Assembly (NCBI GenBank): GCA_044229975.1
Contig: JBGARZ010000004.1
Location: forward strand, 256,001-320,000
DNA: 64,000 bases
Source: Polyangiales bacterium
Lineage (GTDB): Bacteria > Myxococcota_A > Polyangia > Polyangiales > Ga0077539
Direction: 5' to 3'
Under the pieces are notes generated by a model that did no database searches, was not told the origin of the DNA, and saw nothing but the letters and a program-made list of their open reading frames with translations. The position numbers and the translations under genes are program-made. This document shows, in pieces, positions 53,766-64,000 of this stretch (position 1 is the stretch's first letter; the number at the start of each line of letters is the position of its first letter).

Positions 53766-54440
53766 ATGACCACCAACGAACTCCTCTCGCGTCGCGCCCT
53801 CCTCGGCGGCGTGGCTGTCACCGGATCGGCCCTCGCGCTCGAAGCCTGCGGCGAAGACGCCGGCCCGGCCGTCCCCAACCCCGACATCATCCCGCTCAAC
53901 AACCTCCTCGCGGCCGAGTACGGCGCCATCAAGGCCTACGAGGCGGGCATCCCGATCCTCACCATGCCGGCCGTGGGTGACCCGCTCGCCGCCAGCGGCC
54001 CGATCCTCGCCGCCATCGCCACCAACTGGCAGAACCAGCACCGCGAGCACGCCCGGCAGCTCGCCGCCGCCGTCACCGCCATCGGCGGCACGCCCGTCAC
54101 CGAGGCGAGCGTCACGTTCACGGCGCCCAACGGCTTCACTGGCACCGTGCGCAACGTGATGGTGCTCGCGTGCAACGCCGAGAAGGACGCCGCCGTCGCC
54201 TACAACACCGCGGTCAAGAACATGAACTCCGCCAGCTCGCGCTACCTCGCCACCAACATCGAGGGCGCCGAGACGCAGCACTTCGTGATCCTGTACACGC
54301 TGCTCCAGCAGGCGGTCGCGCCGAGCGTCGCGATGATCATCACCATGACCGGCGAGGTCGCCCCCAAGGCCTTCGTCGCCAACGTGGGCGGCATGACCAA
54401 CGGCCTCACCGCCATCGCCGACTTCACCTACACCGCCTGA
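53766..54440 (+). CDS. Tat-exported ferritin-like lipoprotein
   Basis: SRRALL and LEAC; LNNLLAAEY, QHREH, NAEK..Y, AETQH. Confidence 0.8.
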   Translation: MTTNELLSRRALLGGVAVTGSALALEACGEDAGPAVPNPDIIPLNNLLAAEYGAIKAYEAGIPILTMPAVGDPLAASGPILAAIATNWQNQHREHARQLAAAVTAIGGTPVTEASVTFTAPNGFTGTVRNVMVLACNAEKDAAVAYNTAVKNMNSASSRYLATNIEGAETQHFVILYTLLQQAVAPSVAMIITMTGEVAPKAFVANVGGMTNGLTAIADFTYTA

Positions 54441-54470
54441 TCGCCCGCGGTCACCCGCTCCGGGTGATCG

Positions 54471-56168
54471 TCACGCCTCATCCATCGCCAGCAGCCGCGC
54501 GTCGTCCAGGTCGGGCGACGCGCCCAGCAGGTCGACGCCGTTGCGCGCAAACCGCAGCGCCGCCGCGCGCGCCCGCGGGTCGTTCTCGTGCGAGAGCGAC
54601 CAGTCGGCGTGTCGTGCGAGCAGCGCCAGCGCCAGCGATCGTCCCAGCGTCAGCGCGATGCGTCGCGCGTCGGCCTCCAGTCGCGCGAGGCCCTCGATGC
54701 CCGACGCTGCGCTCGCGATGTGTTCGCGCGCCGTGCCGAGCGCACGGTCGACGCTCTTCACCGCGAGCCGCGATGCTTCGACGAGCGCCGGTTCGCGCAC
54801 CGACGCCGCGAGTCCGGCGACCTCCGCGCGCAGCGCAGTGACGGCCGCGGTCTGGCCCATCGCCTTGAGCGCGTCGAGCGACAGGACGTTGGTGGTCCCC
54901 TCCCAGATGGGCAGCACCTGGGCGTCGCGGAGCAGCGTCGGGAGGCCGGTGTCTTCCACGTAGCCCGCGCCGCCGAAGCACTCGATGGCCTCGCTGGTGA
55001 CCTGCACCGCCTGGCGTCCGGTGGTGAGCTTCACCAGCGGCGTGACGAGTCGGAGCAGATGGCCGTCGTCCTCGGTGGCCTCGCCGCTCTCGTCGCGACC
55101 GAGCAGCTCCACTGCGCGGAACGTGAGATGAAACGCGGCCTCGGCCTCGGCTTGAAGACCCGCGAGGGTGTCGAGGTGCAGGGGCTTCTCGGAGAGCGTC
55201 GCACCGAAGGCGCGGCGGCGGCGGGCGTAGTCGCGGGCGAGGGCGACGGAGCGGCGCATGAGGGAGGAGGCGCAGACGGCGTTCCAGGTGCGGGTGATGT
55301 TGAGCATCGGGCTGATGGCGCGGATGCCGTCGTTGAGCCCGGTGACGGCGAGCGCGGGCGTGCCGTCGAGGGTGAGCTCCGCGGTGGGGACCTTGCGCGT
55401 GCCGAGCTTGTCCTTGAGGCGGTTGACGCTGATGCGCTGGAGCCGTCCGTCGGCGTCGCGGGTCTCCACATAGAAGAGCGCGAGCCCGCGACCACCCGCG
55501 GGATTGCCCTCGGGGCGCGCGAGCGTGAGTGCCATCTGCGACGTCGTCGCGCTGGAGAACCACTTGGTGCCGTGCAGGCGCCATGTTCCGTCGTCGTCGC
55601 GGCGCGCGACGGTCTCGGTGAGGCCCACGTCGGAGCCGCCGGTGCGCTCGGTCATCCACTGGCCGGAGGTCCACATCTGCGCGGGGTCGCGGCTGGTGAG
55701 GTGGGGGAGGGCGCGCTCGGTGATGTTGCTGTTGTTGTGGAGCGTGAGGGTGCGCGCGGCGCCGTCGGTCATCGCGAGCGGACACGAGTAGACGTCCGTC
55801 GACGGGTTGAAGAGGTGCACCCGCGCGAACTGATCGACGCGGGAGAGCGAGCCGTGGCGGCGTTCGTAGGCGACGGCGACGAGGCCGTACTCGGCGGCGA
55901 CGACGGCGGCGCGCTTCCAGAGGGGCGTCACCTCGATGTGGTCGACGCGGTGGCCCCAGGCGTCCCACGGGGTGAGCACGGGCTCGTTGAGGCGATCGGC
56001 GGCCTGGAGCTGGTAGAGCTCACCGGCCGCGAGGGCGCCGAGCTCGGAGAGGGCGGGTGTGATGTCGTGGCGGGCGTCGTCGGGGAGCACGCGCGCCAGG
56101 TACGACCGCAGCACGCGGTCTTCGTCGAACTGGTTGCCGAGAGAAGGAGGGGGCTGGAAGAACGCCAT
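54471..56168 (-). CDS. Acyl-CoA dehydrogenase family protein (AidB-like)
   Basis: CPLAMTDGA, GQWMTE.TGGSDV, GTKWFSSA, RLKDKLGT..VPTAE, GGAGYVE, IWEGTTNV. Confidence 0.92.
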   Translation of the reverse strand: MAFFQPPPSLGNQFDEDRVLRSYLARVLPDDARHDITPALSELGALAAGELYQLQAADRLNEPVLTPWDAWGHRVDHIEVTPLWKRAAVVAAEYGLVAVAYERRHGSLSRVDQFARVHLFNPSTDVYSCPLAMTDGAARTLTLHNNSNITERALPHLTSRDPAQMWTSGQWMTERTGGSDVGLTETVARRDDDGTWRLHGTKWFSSATTSQMALTLARPEGNPAGGRGLALFYVETRDADGRLQRISVNRLKDKLGTRKVPTAELTLDGTPALAVTGLNDGIRAISPMLNITRTWNAVCASSLMRRSVALARDYARRRRAFGATLSEKPLHLDTLAGLQAEAEAAFHLTFRAVELLGRDESGEATEDDGHLLRLVTPLVKLTTGRQAVQVTSEAIECFGGAGYVEDTGLPTLLRDAQVLPIWEGTTNVLSLDALKAMGQTAAVTALRAEVAGLAASVREPALVEASRLAVKSVDRALGTAREHIASAASGIEGLARLEADARRIALTLGRSLALALLARHADWSLSHENDPRARAAALRFARNGVDLLGASPDLDDARLLAMDEA

Positions 56169-56227
56169 GGCGGCGCGGACTCTACCGCGGGGGGAGCTTC
56201 ATCCCCACAGCCTCACGGTCGCGAACC

Positions 56228-56395
56228 GACGGTTGGCCCCCTCACCGCGCTGCCGCGCGCCCTCACCCCCGCGGGAGCGGGGGCAAGGGCTCAGGATGCT
56301 GTCAGGTGCGCGCCTGGGTTGCAGCCACCGGAGCCCTTGCCCCCGCTTTCGCGGGGGTGAGGGCGCGCGGCAGCGCGGTGAGGGGGCCGACCGTC
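56228..56395. repeat. Inverted-repeat REP-like element (65-bp arms)
   Basis: 56228-56292 is nearly identical to the reverse complement of 56331-56395; CCCTCACCCCCGC..GCGGGGG internal hairpins. Confidence 0.9.
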
Positions 56396-57410
56396 AGCGA
56401 CGGCAGACCGCGTGGGCCTCTTCGCACGCGACGAAGCTCATGTACTGGCGACCGCAGTCGGCGCCCGCGCAGCGGCAGCCGCTCACGCCGACGCAGCGGT
56501 TGCTCATCCAGTACACGCCGAGGAAGAGGTCGCAGAGGCCGTCGCCGCGCGCGTCTTGCGAAGCGCACACGTCGCCCGCGTCGGGAACGCCCACGTCGCG
56601 CAAGCTCGCGTCGGTCACCGGGCCGCTGCCCGTGTCCGTGGGGACGGTGCCCGCGTCGGTTCCGATGACGCGGCACTCGGGGCGGTCGGGCGCGGCGCAG
56701 TAGCAGGCCACATCGGGCGATACGCGGCAGGTTGCTCCGACGGGGCAGGTCACGCCTCGAACGGTGCAGCTCCCGGTGTCGGTGGGGCGCACCGGGACGT
56801 CGCGGAGGAAGCCCGCGTCGCGGCACGCGGGATTACTTGCGCATTCGAGGCCGCGTGCGGTGCAGCGACAGAGGGTGCACTCGTCGACGCGGCAGGTCTC
56901 GCCGAGTCCGCAGAAGGCCCCGTTGGCAAGAACGCACCCGGTGGGGGTCGGTCCGCCGCCGTCGATGGGGGTCGTCGTGCCGCAGGCGCCGCGGGACTGG
57001 TACGGGCGGTCGGGGCAGGTCGAGCTGCCGACGAAGGTCTGGCCGTCGCAGCCGCAGAAGCGCGCGATGTCGTCGGTGCAGAGGCGGCCGGGCTCCAGGG
57101 TGCAGATCCACGGGACGCCACAGCCGGGCATGCCGAGGCACACCTCGTTGCGACCGCACTGCGACGTGCTGGTGCAGGTGCGGCGGGCGTCGTCGAAGGG
57201 GCGCCCCACGTCGGTGAGGAGGGGGACGTCGACGGGGGTGATGGTTCCGCGCTCGTTGGTGAAGCCGGGGACGTCGGTGACGCTGAGCGCGTCGGTGACG
57301 GTGGACCCGGCGTCGGAGTCGGGCGGCGTGCCGACGATGATCGTCGAGCTGCAACCGAAGGTGAGGGAGGTGAAGCAGAGGAGGGAGAGCGCGCGCCGGA
57401 GGTGAAGCAT
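56394..57410 (-). CDS. Cys-rich lipoprotein
   Basis: Lipobox TFGC; CGCDGQTF and other Cys clusters; DAG linkers. Confidence 0.75.
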   Translation of the reverse strand: MLHLRRALSLLCFTSLTFGCSSTIIVGTPPDSDAGSTVTDALSVTDVPGFTNERGTITPVDVPLLTDVGRPFDDARRTCTSTSQCGRNEVCLGMPGCGVPWICTLEPGRLCTDDIARFCGCDGQTFVGSSTCPDRPYQSRGACGTTTPIDGGGPTPTGCVLANGAFCGLGETCRVDECTLCRCTARGLECASNPACRDAGFLRDVPVRPTDTGSCTVRGVTCPVGATCRVSPDVACYCAAPDRPECRVIGTDAGTVPTDTGSGPVTDASLRDVGVPDAGDVCASQDARGDGLCDLFLGVYWMSNRCVGVSGCRCAGADCGRQYMSFVACEEAHAVCRR

Positions 57411-57446
57411 CGAGCGGGTTATACACCCGTTGATAAGAAACCGTCG

Positions 57447-58346
57447 TTACGGCGGCGCCACCGGAGCGATCGTCGTCACCGCCGCGCCCCACCACGCGAC
57501 GCTGCTGCGGGCCACCTCGGTCGCGCGCCCGGTGGTGATGTCCAGCGTCACCACCGCCCCGTCCGCCGTGAACCCGAACACGATCGACCGCCAATACCCG
57601 ACGCCCCACGTCCGGCTCACCCCGGTGGGCCCGATGCGCACCGCGCGCCCCGTCATCGGGTTGATGCGCGCCAGATACTCCACCGGCTCCAACCCGGTGT
57701 CGTTGTCGATGACCGTCGCAAAGGTCCCGCCGCTCGCCACCGAGACGATGTCCCCCGACGACCCGAGCGCGCCGCCGTAGGTCCCGATCTGCCGCGTCGC
57801 TCCCGTCGCCGTGTCGACGCGGTGCACCCCGCCGTTGCGGTTGGCCGCGACGAGCACCTCGCCCGCCTCCAGCTCGCCGCCCGGAATGAACGACAGCCCG
57901 TTGAAGAGCGACCCCGAGAAGGGCGCGACGTAGGTGCACTGCGCGTTGGTGAGGTCGACCCGGTAGAGCGACGTGAACGTGATGCCCCACGCCTCGCCCG
58001 CCGCGTTGATGGCGAGGTCGGTCATCTCGTTGGTTCCGCCGCCCGTCGCGGGCCAGCGGAAGTCGCCGATGCGCGTGACGCTGAACGTCCGCGGGTCGAC
58101 GACGTAGAGCGCGTCGGCCGTGTGGGCGTACACGCGCACGTTGTCGAGCACCGGCGGCAGCCGCGGGACATCCACCGCCGCCGCCGCATCGGGGCGCGTG
58201 ACCAGACCGACGTCGAGCAGGAAGCCGGCGTCGCGGGCGGGCGTTCCGGCGTCGCTGACGAAGCGGGGGCTCTCCTCGCCACCACACGCGGCGAGGCCGA
58301 GGGCACAGAGCAGGGCGGGGCGGAGGCGGGCGGTTGTCTTGGACAC
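57447..58346 (-). CDS. Lipoprotein with a probable beta-propeller domain
   Basis: Lipobox LAAC; repeated LYxVDxxT blades, MTDLAI, SSGDIV, terminal WWGAAVTT.AP. Confidence 0.75.
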   Translation of the reverse strand: MSKTTARLRPALLCALGLAACGGEESPRFVSDAGTPARDAGFLLDVGLVTRPDAAAAVDVPRLPPVLDNVRVYAHTADALYVVDPRTFSVTRIGDFRWPATGGGTNEMTDLAINAAGEAWGITFTSLYRVDLTNAQCTYVAPFSGSLFNGLSFIPGGELEAGEVLVAANRNGGVHRVDTATGATRQIGTYGGALGSSGDIVSVASGGTFATVIDNDTGLEPVEYLARINPMTGRAVRIGPTGVSRTWGVGYWRSIVFGFTADGAVVTLDITTGRATEVARSSVAWWGAAVTTIAPVAPP

Positions 58347-58467
58347 GGCGCCGCGCAGGCTCGCGACAACGGGGCACCGGGTCAAGCAACCCGTGAGGCG
58401 GCGGACAGCCCGCAGACGGCGGGATCTTGCAACCGCAGGGGGTTCGCATAGGGTGGCGCCACTTCCT

Positions 58468-59478
58468 ATGCAGCGCTGGCTACGAACGATCGGGTGTGTC
58501 CTGGCTCTCTCCGCGGTGTCGTGCGGCGCGCGCGGCAACGCGGGCAACGACTTCATCGACCCCGATACGTGCACCGCCGGGCAGAGCGAGGCGTGCGTCT
58601 GCGAGAGCACCATGGCCGACGGGGTGCGCCTCTGCGGCGCCGACCTCCGGCTGACGGCCTGCATGTGTGACGGCGTCGACGGAGGTCTGTCCGGCTTCGA
58701 CGTCGCAGTGGGCCTCGACCGCGCCGCCCCGACGGACATCCCGACGACGAGCGTCGACCGCGGCGGCTCCGCGGGCCCCGGAACGCTCGGCTCCACCTGC
58801 ACCCGCCTCGACCAGTGCATGAGCGGCGTGTGCCTGCCGACGGGTCGCTGCTCGCGCTCGTGCACCGGCGCGGCGGACTGTCCCACCAGCATCGGGTGGA
58901 CGTGCACGGCGCTGCCCGGCCTCGGCCCGGTGTGCGGCTGCACCCCGCGCGGCGTCGAGACCTGCAACGGCCAGGACGACGACTGCGACGGCGTCGCCGA
59001 CAACGGCATCACCCGCTGTGGCGGCGCGTGCGTCGACCTCCAGACCGACGCCGCCAACTGCGGCGGCTGCGGCATCGCGTGCGGCGGCGGCACGAGCTGC
59101 GTGCGCGGCATGTGCCTCTGCCCGACGTCGCTGCCCACCGCGTGCGGCGGGCGCTGCGTCGACAGTCGGGTCGATCCTGCCAATTGCGGCGCGTGCGGGA
59201 CGACCTGCGCCGCGGGGCAGCGCTGCGAGAGCGGTCGCTGCTCGACGACGACCACGGGCATGTGCCCGTCGAGCTGCGGGGCGAGCTCCGAGTGCGGGTC
59301 GTGCCGCACGCCGAGCGACCCGGCGGGCTCGACCTACTGCTGCCTCTCGGGGCTGTGCATCTACTCCAGCACGTCGACGTGCAGCACCGACGCGGGCCTC
59401 GTCGACCTGCCCTCGCTCGACTCGCTCCCGAGCGACACCGGGTCGGGCGGCGGATCGGACGGCGCGGGCATCGACTGA
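58468..59478 (+). CDS. Cys-rich lipoprotein (Stig1-like NCGxCG and ETCNGxDDDCDG motifs)
   Basis: Lipobox AVSC; D.ANCG.CG repeats; CNGQDDDCDG. Confidence 0.8.
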   Translation: MQRWLRTIGCVLALSAVSCGARGNAGNDFIDPDTCTAGQSEACVCESTMADGVRLCGADLRLTACMCDGVDGGLSGFDVAVGLDRAAPTDIPTTSVDRGGSAGPGTLGSTCTRLDQCMSGVCLPTGRCSRSCTGAADCPTSIGWTCTALPGLGPVCGCTPRGVETCNGQDDDCDGVADNGITRCGGACVDLQTDAANCGGCGIACGGGTSCVRGMCLCPTSLPTACGGRCVDSRVDPANCGACGTTCAAGQRCESGRCSTTTTGMCPSSCGASSECGSCRTPSDPAGSTYCCLSGLCIYSSTSTCSTDAGLVDLPSLDSLPSDTGSGGGSDGAGID

Positions 59479-59566
59479 GCACCAGCTCGGCCTTGGATCA
59501 ATGCGGGCGCGGGTGACGTTCCGCGCGACAGTCGGGCGGTCGCGTCACTAGAATCGCTGCCCCCCA

Positions 59567-63352
<3,786 letters not shown>

Positions 63353-63384
63353 AGGGCCGCAGCATTCATTCAGGCGGTCGGTGA

Positions 63385-63635
63385 CCTCGTCCGGTGGGGG
63401 CCGGAGTTCGCGTAGCACCATGAGTCGGGGTGCAGTCGCTCACTCCGGGCTATTTCAGGTCGTCACCCCGCTGCGCGGGGTTGCAACCCCGGAGCGCCTC
63501 AACCGCCCGGCCTCGGAATGACGGTCGGATTCGTTGCAACCCCGCGCAGCGGGGTGACGACCTGAAATAGCCCGGAGTGAGCGACTGCACCCCGACTCAT
63601 GGTGCTACGCGAACTCCGGCCCCCACCGGACGAGG
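63385..63635. repeat. Perfect 103-bp inverted repeat with a 45-bp spacer (REP/MITE-like)
   Basis: 63385-63487 is the exact reverse complement of 63533-63635; GGGGTTGCAACCCC core. Confidence 0.95.
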
Positions 63636-63648
63636 CAACCTCCGCACT

Positions 63649-64000
63649 CTACGTCGCGTCGCTCTCCAGCTCGCGGAAGAGCGCGTCGAGCTCGGCCCGC
63701 CCCCGCATCGCCGTCGTGAGCTCGCTCGCGGCGCGCACCAGGATGGCCTCCATGTCCGCGAGCTGCCCGGCCAGCGCCTCCACCCGCGGCTGCGCCTGAC
63801 CCCGCTCGTCCTCGCTCGCGTGCGACACCCGATCGAGCTGCGCCCGCAGCGCCTCGATCTGGAACTCGAGGTCCTTCACCTCGGCCTCACCGAGCTGCAC
63901 TTCCTCCTGGGCGCCGCGCAGCTCTTCCGCCTTCGGCAGCAGCGCCTCCAGCTCTGCCATCGCCGCCCGGTACCGGTCGGCCGCTTCGACCGTCGGGGCC
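63649..64000 (-). CDS. C-terminus of a coiled-coil protein (partial; runs off the window)
   Basis: Heptad-rich ORF (EVKDLEFQIEALRAQL) open to the window edge. Confidence 0.6.
   Translation of the reverse strand, partial: APTVEAADRYRAAMAELEALLPKAEELRGAQEEVQLGEAEVKDLEFQIEALRAQLDRVSHASEDERGQAQPRVEALAGQLADMEAILVRAASELTTAMRGRAELDALFRELESDAT

Noticed and set aside
63599..63799. ORFs beginning MVLRELRPPPDE on both strands
   Set aside because: Artefact of the perfect inverted repeat, not duplicated genes

Overview
Very GC-rich chromosomal segment, most likely from a myxobacterium (Myxococcota, Polyangiales-like). The evidence is the many Cys-rich lipoproteins, a Ser/Thr kinase next to an FHA-sigma54 activator, an RpoH-like sigma factor, a myxobacterial-type pilin and Uma2 paralogues. 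Housekeeping or metabolic genes are hisD, nadE, a HutD-family gene, clpP, tam, infC, tRNA-Val(GAC), a GMC oxidoreductase and an acyl-CoA dehydrogenase. I see no integrase, transposase, prophage, rRNA or CRISPR array. Most notable: (1) an intact Hsp90-like GHKL ATPase paired with a 1880-aa protein that has a degenerate GHKL head, apparently ~6-7 tandem Hsp90-middle-like modules and an HtpG-like tail, lying near an Asn-triad ClpP; (2) a kinase / FHA-bEBP / sigma54-promoted Cys-peptide / FHA-ABC transporter cluster; (3) a translationally coupled small-protein plus nucleotidyltransferase pair (toxin-antitoxin-like); (4) a Tat-exported intact plus degenerate ferritin-like pair divergent from a cupredoxin; (5) ~43-bp phased repeats upstream of an unknown helical protein; (6) four large intergenic palindromes; (7) an AUA-initiated infC; (8) a NADAR pseudogene with an internal deletion. 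All family calls come from motif recognition by eye, with no database searches, and several start codons are best guesses.
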